From: Octopus bimaculoides
Taxonomy: Eukaryota
DNA length: 39,944 bases
Reading direction: 5' to 3'
NCBI RefSeq assembly: GCF_001194135.2
Contig: NC_069003.1
Coordinates: 29,349,675-29,389,618 of the forward strand
Below are positions 12,221 through 23,593 of the stretch, piece by piece. A model generated the notes under the pieces. The model saw only the letters and a list, made by a program, of their open reading frames with translations. It was not told where the DNA came from and did not search any database. A program made the translations under genes and the position numbers. The stretch's first letter is position 1. Each line of letters opens with the position of its first letter.

Positions 12221-13214
12221 TTCAAGAGAAGTCTCTACTAGTTAATGTTGAATTCTTGTTTGAACAATCAGACGTAAGTGTACTTAGAAAGAAGCAACGC
12301 AGTTATTGATAAGTGTTGAAAGTAATGCACGCAAGGTTTCCCAGCCTTAGCATCACTCCGTCATAATCAATTTATAAACTCTTCAGGCCATCATCATCAT
12401 CATCGTCAGTAGCAGCAGTGGCGTATTTAGTCCATTCTAGCAGATATTCGATGCAGGCTCAACAAAGAGAATTAATGGCTTTACTAATTTCCATCCAAAA
12501 CGGTTATATATTCCCTACTAGCCATTTTTTTAAAAAATAATTTTCCCTTTGTTGGCTGTTGCAAATTGTAACCAGATACATGAAGGGATTATATTCAGGC
12601 TGTGCAGGCACGCCACTCTTACTGAACATTTATTAGCGCGTAATTGATCCTGTGTACTTGAACATACAATCAGTTTAACATTGCAATATAAAGGGAAGTT
12701 CATACTTACAGTGATTTGCGTTAGTGATTTAACTATACCAGCCAAATGAAGCAGTCTCAAATATATTTTGAACATTTCTGCTAATCACGCGACGTTTTAG
12801 TGTTTATAAGCTTTCTTCGTGCGAAGCAGATTATTTGATCTTCAACCTCTCTGAGCCGGAAGCAATTCTCAATTGATATTTCTCTATTATAAGAATCCAT
12901 ACCAAATGCTTTCTGTGCTTTTAGGGAGTTAATCTGGAAACGCTAATCAATAAAAATGTGTTGTACAGTTTGCTATGAAGTAGTGTGGGTGTATTTCCTT
13001 GTTATCTTCTTATTTCTTTACAGCCTTGGTCTGTAATACTTGTACGTTAATACAAAAAGTAGACGGGTAGACTATATAGGACTCGGAAGAAGTTCACTCT
13101 TTAAATGCGAAAAACAATTTCATCGATATTACAGAAATGATCTTAAAAGGCTACCCATAAACAGAACTGGTATTTATTTTCTGCAGGTCCTGTGGCATCA
13201 ATACACCTGATATA

Positions 13215-13429
13215 CGAGAGGGTGCTGAAAAGTTCCTGGCTTTAAGTATATTACGAAGGTGTGGTTGGAAGCCAAACCGTCCGAGTTCTCTTACAAGGCT
13301 TAGAAAAACTGAAAGACCGCTGCATTAGCTGTGTGAATCTGGGAGGGAAATACATTGTATAAAATCATAATTAACTGATCTGCTCGTGTTTTCTTTTAAG
13401 CAAGGGAGGAACATTTTAGCAGACTTACG
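13215..13429 (+). mobile_element. mariner-derived MITE (internal deletion derivative)
   Basis: TA flanks at 13213-14 and 13430-31; imperfect TIRs CGAGAGGGTGCTGAAAAGTTCCTGGCTT / AAGGGAGGAACATTTTAGCAGACTTACG; 13291-13362 encodes a transposase C-terminus LQGLEKLKDRCISCVNLGGKYIV*. Confidence 0.85.
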
Positions 13430-14811
13430 TATCTCAACAAAAATAGGTTCAAATATGATATTCTCCAACAAAAGATAGACAGGTATATATAACTACGTTC
13501 CACTCTTTTAACTACGGAGAGTAATGAAAGTCTGGGTGAATGTATCTGATTTCTAGGGCAAAAGAGTGAAATTCCATCTTTAAAATGAAAAAGAAAAAGG
13601 AAACGAAAACAGCAAACAATTGTTTCTGAAATCGGCCATTATTTTCGAACCAACCTAATATTATCATATAATGCATTTTTGTACTCATCAGTGGGTAATG
13701 ATTAAAACTATAGGACGTTTAAAATCATTGCCTTGACTTCTTTCTTTGTAATCGTTATATTAATATTTACTTCATTACAATCACGAAATGCAATTCAAGA
13801 CGAAGATTTAGCGTAACTTTTATATTAATAATTTGTCTGATTGATTACTCTTGACTCCCTCCCTACCATGTCCAAATAGATATATCCCTCATTTATCACT
13901 AACACACTCGTGAAGAAAGGCAGGTGTATATATATCTAGAAACATCAAATAAGGAACTACATAATATTTCAAAGTCACATTTAAAATTTTCTAACTGTCA
14001 TCTATCATAACACGTATGGGTTCGTCAGTGACAGATGTCCAACAGAGACATAAGAGTCAAACTTCCCCTTCAAAGATACCTAGACTATCAGTGTCTATTC
14101 TAGCACTGGTGTCACAAAGAACCAGCGGGCTTAATTAAATATAAATTATAGAGACAGATATAACACATACACACATACAAACACACACACACACATACAA
14201 ACACACAAACACGAAAACATACACACGTATGTGTATATATAAATGTATGTATGNNNNNNNNNNATATATATATATATATATATATATACATACTTATATA
14301 CATACATACATGCATTTATATACATATATATTTACAGGTATGAATGTATAGGTGTGTATGTCTGTTCGTGTCGGTAGTAGCTACTTTACATTTGATTTTA
14401 AAAGTGAACAAGTGGAAAAGTGAGGTTAAATGAGGTAAAGGATGTAAAACAGAGTTCGGACATAAATTAAAAATGCTTAGTGCATCTCTTAGATAATCCA
14501 CGCAGTCAATAATATCATAGTAATTATAAACACTTTGAAGAATTATGATTATTCTAACATCAGGGGAAAACATATAGTTAAAAATTGAATATTAATGCAG
14601 AAAATATAAGCTGCCTAATTAGAAACTCCTCAAAGGCATGTACTACTCAAGTACAATTCATTTATTTTTATTTTTTGCCTTGACGCATAGTTCAATGCAA
14701 TTCTTTTTCAGTACAAGCTGGTGTTCTACATATGCTCGTTCAGTAACCGCACTGAATGTTATTTCCCTATTATATCGCTCCAACATGCTTCTGCGTTTTA
14801 TATTATTAAGA

Positions 14812-14860
14812 TGGCGAAGTAGCTGAAACGTTAGCATGCCAAACAAAATGCTTAGCGGCT
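14812..14860 (+). mobile_element. SINE family B head fragment
   Basis: GGCGAAGTAGCTGAAACGTTAGCATGCCAAACAAAATGCTTAGCGGC matches the heads at 18323-18366 and the reverse complement of 16610-16657. Confidence 0.75.
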
Positions 14861-15441
14861 TTCAGTTCATGTTTGGTGCTACAAGATATGTTGGTCCCTC
14901 GCTCAACTTCGCCCCACACATAATAATCATGGGGGCTTACAGTCTGGTGAGTTAGGTGGCCAGATGCTAGATGTGATGTGGTCGCAGAAATTGTCTGACA
15001 GCCATGATTGGGTTCTTCTGCTTGTGTGGCATCGTGCAGAGTCCTGTTGCCAGGCATAGGGTCTTCCAGCAGTCACCCTCTTCACCCAGGGCAGTACTAC
15101 CTCCTCTGGGAACTTGGTGTAAGCCTCTGTGTTGAGTCTGATGCCGTGTGGGAAGATGAATGGAGGCGTAACGTCGCCATCACTAGTGTTTACTCCAAAC
15201 ACCATGATATTGACTGGATGTTTGATTTTTCTCACTTTCGGTACATGTCCACAGATAGCACTATCCCCAGATTGACACCCAGACACGTATTGGAGCTACC
15301 GGCGGGAATACCAAGCAGTACAACATTTTGCTTCCAAATCTCGGAGATGGTGCCCAAATGACCCTACTATTGTGTGTAGTCGACAAAATCAGGAACAAAC
15401 AATGCGCATGCGCGAAATCAAAATATAAATTGGCGACAGTG
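14861..15441 (-). mobile_element. DD37D (maT/Bmmar1-like) Tc1/mariner transposon, internally deleted and 3' truncated
   Basis: ORF 14927-15286 KHPVNIMVFGV.TSDGDV.PPFIFPHG.RLNTEAY...WQQDSA.CHTS...WPPNSPDCKP, then a frameshift to DYYVWGEVER; about 37 residues between the 2nd and 3rd catalytic Asp. Left TIR TA-CACTGTCGCCAATTTAT at 15443-15425. Confidence 0.92.
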
Positions 15442-15469
15442 TACCCATCGCATCCTGCATATCTATCTA

Positions 15470-15510
<41 letters not shown>

Positions 15511-15530
15511 NNNNNNNNNNNNNNNNNNNN

Positions 15531-15574
<44 letters not shown>

Positions 15575-15768
15575 AATGTATATATACAAAGAGAAAATGG
15601 GAGAGTGAGTGAGTGAGATAGTCAGTCAGTCAGTCAGTGGCGGAGTGACTGAGAGTTGGGGAGAGAGAGATGGAGAGACACAAAAGAACTTTACAGCTCA
15701 GTTATGAAGCCATTCTTCTTCATTCACTTCCGACATTGGCAGGTGTGTATGGATATGAATATTGGAAT

Positions 15769-15834
15769 TTAGTAAAAAATTAGTAAAAATTAGTAAAAAT
15801 TAGTAAAAATTAGTAAAAATTAGTAAAAAATTAG
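15769..15834. repeat. 10-bp tandem repeat (TTAGTAAAAA) x6
   Basis: Direct reading. Confidence 0.95.
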
Positions 15835-16250
15835 CAGCGTAATCGTATCGTAGATAATCATCACAGTTGTTCTTAAATTTTGCTTTATGTCAAACATTGC
15901 TTATTTCTTGAAAAAACTTAATTAGTATTGCCCTTCTCGGTAAGTAGAAGCGATAACATTTGTATCAAATAATTTGGTTATTAAAGACGATATTTCGATT
16001 TTTTGTAAACCGTTCTTTTAATATTAACAGTGCGAAGCATATATGTTGTCAAGGGTAGTATGGTTTTATTAAATTTTTAAGAATCTGTATAATACTTTGC
16101 AATACAATCGTGAAATTGTCAAGGTTACTGCTAGTATTAATTACCCTATAACAGCTCTGGTATTAATCATATCATTACGAGCGCTCATACTTCGCTACAC
16201 TTGCGTTTAATTTGATATTTTGCTATCGCCTCAAAATATAGGTTGCTATT

Positions 16251-16421
16251 GGTTTCAAATAGTGGCAGAAGGCCAGCAATTTCGTAGGGGGGGAGTGGGT
16301 AAGCCGATTCTATCGATCCCATTGCTCAAATAATACTTACTTTATTGACCCTAAAAGAATGAAAAGCAAAGTCGACCTCGGCCGAATTTGAACTCGTGTT
16401 GACGATTCTGCCAGATCTCCA
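16251..16421 (-). mobile_element. SINE family B copy with about 45-bp internal deletion
   Basis: Aligns to 16445-16657 but lacks the AGAACG...GCCCGGC segment. Confidence 0.85.
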
Positions 16422-16444
16422 GGTTTGGCGTATTAAATATTTTG

Positions 16445-16657
16445 TTTTCAAATTTTGGCACAAGGCCAGCAATTTTAGAGGAGTCAGTATGTCGATTAAA
16501 TTGACCCAGGTCTTCAACGGGTACTTATTTAATCGACACGGCAAGGATGAAAGGCAAATTTGACCTCAGCGGAATTAGAACTCAGAACGTAAGAACCGAT
16601 GAAATGCCACTAAGTACTTCGCCCGGCGTGCTAACGATTCTGCCAGCTCACCGCCTT
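16445..16657 (-). mobile_element. SINE family B, near full length
   Basis: Minus-strand head GGCGGTGAGCTGGCAGAATCGTTAGCACGCCGGGCGAA and B-box GAGTTCTAATTCC; tail GGCCTTGTGCCAAAATTTGAAA. Confidence 0.92.
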
Positions 16658-18069
16658 AATGATGCATAATATTATTCCATTATTCCTACAAACTACATGC
16701 AGATCAATCATGCAAATAACTGATATTAACTTAAGATGTTTCAGCGAATTTTCTACATGTACACACATCAAGTATTCTTATTTAATTACTTTGGCGTTGA
16801 TGGCCATGTTGGGATTTTGCTTTAATCTCATTTCTCAATAAAAGGAATCACTCTTCATATTTGTTTCTGTTAACTGAATGAAAGGTCAAAGAACTATCAA
16901 GGTCGATTTATATATATTATGAACTGTGAAGGCACAGCATAAAAATGTTTAACACTTATAAATAGAAAAAAAGAGTGAAGAATAGGTGATAAATGTTAAT
17001 GCCAAACTTTTCTTTCAAATATACACATTATAGTTTCAACTTAAACGTCAAAGGCCAAACTATATATGGTATTATAGAATTATGAGAAGCCCTCAACTTA
17101 CCGTTGAATATCATCTTATACGAATACATCATAAAATACTGGTAAACGTAGTCATTATCGTTACATGTAAGTGGCAAAACATTGTAAATCAATACTTCTT
17201 CTTTGAATGAAAGGATATAATATTTTTTTTATAGATGAAAGAATGTCGTAAATGAGGACGCAATATTAATTTGCTATCGTTTATAGAGAAGTATGAATCT
17301 TTAAGCTTGGTTTGATGCACTGGAAGCCATTAAAGTTAAAAGTTAAGCACATGTAACCTAAACAAAATTTATGCATCCCTTAAATCCTATTAAAACCATC
17401 GCTAAATAGACCGGTTGCTGCAGGTTTTCCGATCGCTTGTTTGTTATTAATTTTACTTCTAGGAAAATGATTGAGAAATATTGAATGTGAAGTATTTATA
17501 AGTTCATGTCTAAATTATTCTAAATGACTTCGTTTGAAAACTGAAATACCTTTAATTGGAGTTCTTTTTATGTAAAACATATTAATTCAAATAATTCTAT
17601 GCAAAAATAGTGCAATATATAAACATGAAATCCAGTTAATTGCATTAGATTATTTGTAATTTTGGTTAATGAATATCTGTTCATTTCTGTTATTAAGCTT
17701 ATCCAGCTCTAATTACAAAGTAATTTGACCAAAAGCGTTCCAAAAATGAGCGACCATACTGTCTTTTAGTATATTTAATTTTACATAGCCGAATCTGTTT
17801 TTCCTTTTATTAAATGCTAACTATTAATATGCACAGTGACAATATGAATCAGTGTTTATATCCTACATTGAAAATATAATTATACTATCAAACGTCAATT
17901 AATTAAAGTTAAGTAAGATAAGACATATCATGCCATATATTCGAAATACTTAGCCTATGATTTCTTTAGCAATGTACAATTATATTAAATTGCCAATCAG
18001 TAGGTTGGTGGTAGACTCTTCTGTGAGAGACTGTCAACTCTTTGAAAGGTTTTAATATTAATTTTGGTG

Positions 18070-18300
18070 GTAAGAGGGCTAGCTTGCAGAATCATGGGTA
18101 CACAGTGCAAAATGCTTAGTGGCGTTTCGTTTTGTCTTTTGAGTTCAAATTCTACCGCGAATTTACCTTTCATGGAAGGTCGAATTTACCTTTCATTCTT
18201 TCGGTGTCGATAAAAATATGTACAATTTGAACACTGGGGTCAATGTAATCGATTTATCCCCTCTTTCGAACTGGCTGGCCTTGTGCCAAAATTTGAAATC
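18070..18300 (+). mobile_element. SINE family B copy
   Basis: GAGTTCAAATTC B box and ...GGCCTTGTGCCAAAATTTGAAA tail; contains a local duplication CGAATTTACCTTTCAT x2. Confidence 0.88.
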
Positions 18301-18322
18301 AATATTAGTTCAGCTGGGAATT

Positions 18323-18495
18323 TGGTGAGCTGGCAGAATCGTTAGCATGACGGGTAAAATGCATAGCATTTCATCCGTCTTTCATCCGACTTTACGTTCT
18401 GAGTTCAAATCCTGCCGAGATTGAATTTGCCTTTCACCATTTCAGGATTGAACACTTAAGTCGATATAATCGACTTACACTTCCCCTTAAATTGA
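18323..18495 (+). mobile_element. SINE family B copy, 3' end abutting the Tc1 fragment
   Basis: TGGTGAGCTGGCAGAATCGTTAGCA...TTACGTTCTGAGTTCAAATCCTGCCGAG. Confidence 0.88.
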
Positions 18496-19148
18496 TGACT
18501 CGTCCGAAAAAATAATATTCTTCCACTGCTCTAGGGACCAATTCTGTAGGTTTTTACTCCACTCTAAATGCTTTGCAACATTTGTTTTTGAAAGTAGCGG
18601 TTTTCTTATTGTAGCCCTCCCGTGAAATCCGCCTTGTGCAGATCCCGGCTAACAGTTTTTTCTGGAAACTGGGTTCTTGGGTTGGTCATTAAGCTCTGCA
18701 GTAATTTTTGAAGCTGTACGTTTGCGATCCTTTCCAAGATTTTGCATAAGAGTCCGACGGTCCTTATCTGAAAGATTTGGTTTTCTTCCGGGGTTTTGTT
18801 TCGACGAGGAATTTTTTCCCTCTTTCTCAAAGGCTGTCATAACTTTCGAGACAGTACTTCTCGATGCACCAAACATTTCGGCTGTTTTCGTTACTGTAGC
18901 GCCTGCCATACGAGCACCAACAATTTGACCTCTTCGAAACTCCGATAGATGTCATTTTAATGAATTTTAATTACCTTTTACTGATGGTATCTGAAAGAAA
19001 AGGAACAGCAATTTTAGCAAAGTATATTAAGCAACACCAATAATAAATCAAAAAACATAAAAATAAACAAGCTTTTGGCAGTTTTATAGATATTTAAAAA
19101 TTATGATGCTATGATGCTAGTTGTTTCCATTATTTTGTCCAACTTCTA
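18496..19148 (-). mobile_element. Tc1 transposon 5' half (TIR, paired-like HTH domain, first catalytic Asp)
   Basis: EF.RGQIVGARMAGATVTKTAEMFGASRSTVSKVMTAFEKEGK.SS.KQNPGRKPNLSDKDRRTL...KITAELN, then after frameshifts SLEQWKNIIFSDESS; TIR-like end TA-TAGAAGTTGGACAAAATAATGGAAAC at about 19150-19122. Confidence 0.92.
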
Positions 19149-20663
19149 TATATTCCTATTGCATATTATATTTTCTGATTTGGATTTGGTGATATAAATA
19201 TCTGTGTTATGATATTTCTCAGCTGACATCGCCATTAGCGATACATCTGTAGCTTATCAGTAACTGATACATAAAGAAATATTAGCATTTCGATCCATAC
19301 ATTTCGTTACTCACTGTCGTTCTAGCTATAGGCTGGTAAATGTCATTATTGCAGTAAAATACGAATTATAGCAGTCCTTTTATAGTTTTATTGAGATTTT
19401 CTTTCGATGTGTTTGTTCTTATGAGAAAGCAGAACTACTTTTTCAGATGCTGGTATTAAACCAGATGTTAATTTAAGTGATTACTATTGTTTTGCATCAT
19501 TTCTGATACGCTGCTCATATCGCTAACACATTATTATAACCTTGACGAAGTCCTCTTACTTTCGGAATGAATATATTTGTAACTACCGCTGTCAAATGAT
19601 TGCTAGCATTTTTGAAAAGATAGTTAAACTTAATTTTGAGGAAATTTCGATGTTATTTCCAGCATGTGTATTGACCACATAGAGACTCCCATGTTGTCTC
19701 GTTAATCGTATTCTATAATTCCGGCGCTAGGTAGAATAACAAATCGTCAGACTCTTAGAATTCTTTAATCTTAAAAAGGTTATGTATTATAATATATTTC
19801 CTATGGACTTGCTTCAGTTAATGCATCAAAGTAAATTATTATTCATGTTGCAAAATAAAAGATATTGTAAGCTTGTATTGGCCTGTTTTATGGAAACACG
19901 ATTCATGATTAATACTTCGTTTCCTCTTGAATCAAAAGATTCTATTGCACCAATATTTCAAGAAATAGTTTTATAGGATCAGACAAATTGGTGCCAGTAG
20001 ATATCGGGAAATAAAATCAAAATTATAATCATCATTCTCGTGATAACATTCATATTGCACAAATCATAAGTTTCTGAATAATGTTCCTAATTCTCCATTG
20101 AGGATAATTTATCGAAAAATATCTTTAACAAATTTTCCAGACCCGAAGGAAATTCGAAGATTTCAAATGAAAGACTGGAGGAAAAAGAAAACATGTTTTA
20201 TTTTCCGTTTGTGTTTTAGAAAATATTTGGGTTTTTTCCTTCAATTATTTGATGGTGTATGCCGAGACAGCGTGGGCACAAAAAATATATTTTATTTATC
20301 AACTTGTTCTGGTACTGTTTACGTTGTTCTTTGTGTTTCACTACGTGTCGCTGCAGATGACGCATATATGATAGGAAGCGTTCTAACCGTGACTATCCTC
20401 CCTCATTTTCAGACTCGGTGTACTCCAGAGAGCACAACAGTATTTACTTTCAACCTCTATAAGTAACACGGATGCGATTTAACCGAAAATTGGTTATTAT
20501 TTGAAGCTTGAACGTCCACTTTTGAAGCCGAAGATAAGACTGGAGGATGTGAATTTCACGTTTAACGTTACTAATTCGATGTTTTCCAGAATATTTCATT
20601 ACATTTCAAAATGTTGTTCAACAAATTGGATTTGCAAAAATATTGTTATGTAAAACGTCGATA

Positions 20664-20960
20664 CAGTTCTATATTTAAGAGATGAGGAATTATTTACATT
20701 ATTTACATTTGACGGATATTCGTCCTCATCTTGTTTGTTGTTAACACAACCTTTCGGCTGATATACCCTCCAGCCTTCGTCAAGTGTTTTGGGGAAATTT
20801 CGAACCTGGGTTCTCATAATAATGTTACTATTATTATTATTATTATTATTATTATATTATTATTATTATTACTATTATTAATCAGGTCGCTGCCGCGAAT
20901 CGAACTCGGAACCTTGGGGTTAGTAGCCCGCGCTCTTAACCACTACGCCATATGCCCGTG
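20664..20960 (-). mobile_element. Tripartite SINE-like element: tRNA-like head, (TAA)n tract, hammerhead-ribozyme-containing body
   Basis: Minus strand: GGGCATATGGCGTAGTGGTTAAGAGCGCGGGCTACTAACCCCAAGGTTCCGAGTTCGATTCGCGGCAGCGACC (A box TGGCGTAGTGG, B box GAGTTCGATTC), then (TAA)n at 20880-20817, then a GC-richer structured body. Confidence 0.8.
20743..20788 (-). ncRNA. Minimal type I hammerhead ribozyme motif (Penelope-type), degenerate copy
   Basis: AACAC-UUGACGA-A-GGCUG-gagggUAUAU-CAGCC-GAAA-G-GUU-GUGUU. Stem I AACAC/GUGUU and stem II GGCUG/CAGCC pair perfectly. Deviations from the canonical core are C3U and AGGU instead of the ACGU stem-III palindrome. Confidence 0.7.
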
Positions 20961-21429
20961 GCTAAATATCACGAGGCTAAATAATAGACTGGATGATACA
21001 GTGAGAATATTTATCAATATTCCTTCTGAGTACCCTTCTAGCCAAATACAAGTTGCAGTGTTACCGAGTTGATGACGGACAAGACGTTTTCCAGGCTGGA
21101 CCTCATTTCTCACGCCTCCCGACATCTTTTCTCTTCTTCTATATTCTTCTCTTCTATTTATACTATTTCCTTTAAAAATTTCTCCCAAGCGTTACCCATT
21201 ACAATTCGTCTTGGCTAACGGCCCTTAATGTTTGTCTTCGTCGATTGTTTACTCTGTACATCCACTTTGTTGTGGTTTGTTCGTTAGAACCTCTAACTCT
21301 CCACAAACTTTGCATTTTTAAAACTTCTGGACGCTGCTGCCTTATGAAGGTTTCCTATCTTGTCGTTAAAAGTACCAAATAAGGAGTAGAAAAACAGTCA
21401 ACAAATGACGAGCAAGTTATCTTCTTTGG

Positions 21430-21824
21430 TACCGGTTAAATTGCTCGGAGTCTGGTTCGGTCTGGATCACCAAATGGAGAGGAAATGGGGCGAGATAACG
21501 AGTAGGGTGGCCACTCTCATCCAGCAATGGGCTGAGAGGAAGCTATCTCTAAAAGGTCGGGTGGTGGTGGTGGTGAACGCGTTCATCGCATCCGTCATCG
21601 ATTACCGTCTGACCGTCTTACCTTGACCCGACCCTACCATCACCAAACTGGAACGCATACTCTTCCGCTTTTTGTGGAAGGGAAGCGTTCCGATGATTAG
21701 GCGATCCATTTGCTGTCAACACCCGCGATATGGAGGGCTAGGCATCCCGCGGTTGATGATGCGCAGACATGCGCTAAGACTGCGACATGTCCGGTGCTTC
21801 AGAGACGACGGTGAACAGGTGTGA
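21430..21824 (+). mobile_element. L1/Tx1-clade LINE ORF2 fragment (RT C-terminal/thumb region), pseudogenised
   Basis: PVKLLGVWFG...KWGEITSRV...WAERKLSLKGRVVVVVNAFIASVIDYRLTVLP*PDPTITKLERILFRFLWKG...IRRSICCQHPRYGGLGIP; one in-frame stop at 21624-26; ends at (TA)n and a gap. Confidence 0.9.
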
Positions 21825-22816
21825 TATATATATATATATATANNNNNNNNNNNNNNNNNNNNNNNNNNNNNNNNNNNNNNNNNNNNNNNNNNNNNNNNNN
21901 NNNNNNNNNNNNNNNNNNNNNNNNNNNNNNNNNNNNNNNNNNNNNNNNNNNNNNNNNNNNNNNNNNNNNNNNNNNNNNNNNNNNNNNNNNNNNNNNNNNN
22001 NNNNNNNNNNNNNNNNNNNNNNNNNNNNNNNNNNNNNNNNNNNNNNNNNNNNNNNNNNNNNNNNNNNNNNNNNNNNNNNNNNNNNNNNNNNNNNNNNNNN
22101 NNNNNNNNNNNNNNNNNNNNNNNNNNNNNNNNNNNNNNNNNNNNNNNNNNNNNNNNNNNNNNNNNNNNNNNNNNNNNNNNNNNNNNNNNNNNNNNNNNNN
22201 NNNNNNNNNNNNNNNNNNNNNNNNNNNNNNNNNNNNNNNNNNNNNNNNNNNNNNNNNNNNNNNNNNNNNNNNNNNNNNNNNNNNNNNNNNNNNNNNNNNN
22301 NNNNNNNNNNNNNNNNNNNNNNNNNNNNNNNNNNNNNNNNNNNNNNNNNNNNNNNNNNNNNNNNNNNNNNNNNNNNNNNNNNNNNNNNNNNNNNNNNNNN
22401 NNNNNNNNNNNNNNNNNNNNNNNNNNNNNNNNNNNNNNNNNNNNNNNNNNNNNNNNNNNNNNNNNNNNNNNNNNNNNNNNNNNNNNNNNNNNNNNNNNNN
22501 NNNNNNNNNNNNNNNNNNNNNNNNNNNNNNNNNNNNNNNNNNNNNNNNNNNNNNNNNNNNNNNNNNNNNNNNNNNNNNNNNNNNNNNNNNNNNNNNNNNN
22601 NNNNNNNNNNNNNNNNNNNNNNNNNNNNNNNNNNNNNNNNNNNNNNNNNNNNNNNNNNNNNNNNNNNNNNNNNNNNNNNNNNNNNNNNNNNNNNNNNNNN
22701 NNNNNNNNNNNNNNNNNNNNNNNNNNNNNNNNNNNNNNNNNNNNNNNNNNGTGTGTGTGTGTGTGTGTGTGTGTGGGTGTGTGTGTGTGTGTGTATTACG
22801 TTCGGCACCATGTATA

Positions 22817-23051
22817 CAGAGTGAACCAAACGTAGGTTACAGTTATCACGTAGGCACTTTAAATTTCTTTTAAAATATTTTTTCACGTTTAAATTTCTAC
22901 CTTACAAACTGAAAAGGGAGCTTGACAAAATTAACTAAATTAGCATAGAATAATGCTTTCTTATTATTTTTATAATTAAGATCTAAACTGTTAATATATG
23001 AATGCAAAAGAGATAGTTGAATAACTGTAAACATACTTTTAGGCCACCCTG
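22817..23051. mobile_element. Tc1/mariner-type MITE
   Basis: About 33-bp imperfect TIRs: TA-CAGAGTGAACCAAACGTAGGTTACAGTTAT versus the reverse complement of the right end, TG-CAGGGTGGCCTAAAAGTATGTTTACAGTTAT. Confidence 0.7.
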
Positions 23052-23593
23052 CATTTCTAGAATGATTTTGATTTCTATTGCTGTAATATTATTAAATCTC
23101 CAGTCGAGAACGTAGGCGGATGTAACCCTTCTTGTAAACCGATACAAACAAACAATATTCATGCAAAAGAAGCATTTTATTAGCGGCAAAACTTTATTAA
23201 ATAAGTGTCTAGGCGGTGACTTTCGGATTCACCAAACTATCTAATTCACTGACGCAATGCTGTATTCATGCTGCAGTCAACGTCCAGACGTATTGCTGTC
23301 GGTATACAATGACATAAACTGCAAACTGAAATCAGTAGGCGTGAGTCGGTATTATTACCACGCCGCTAATACTGTTTGTTATTTCTAATAAACGCCATTC
23401 GCTTCAGATCAAAGTACAGCCAGTGACTGACTCATTAATATGTGTATCAATGTATTGTTTTGAACTAATACAATTAAACAAATCCTGTTTAATTCATATA
23501 TCATAAAATTCACCGAGCTCCAATAATTTGAATTTATTATCGACGGAAAAATTATCTATATGGAAGAAACCAGAACAATATTGATAATAATGC

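Noticed and set aside
19250-19271. miR-21-like sequence TAGCTTATCAGTAACTGATACA
   Set aside because: Only an 11-nt match plus a short local palindrome; miR-21 is a vertebrate family and no precursor-length hairpin is evident.
20885-20957. Functional tRNA-Ser(ACT) gene
   Set aside because: Acceptor stem does not pair, the anticodon stem is only partly paired, and it is followed by a microsatellite and SINE body; interpreted as a SINE head.
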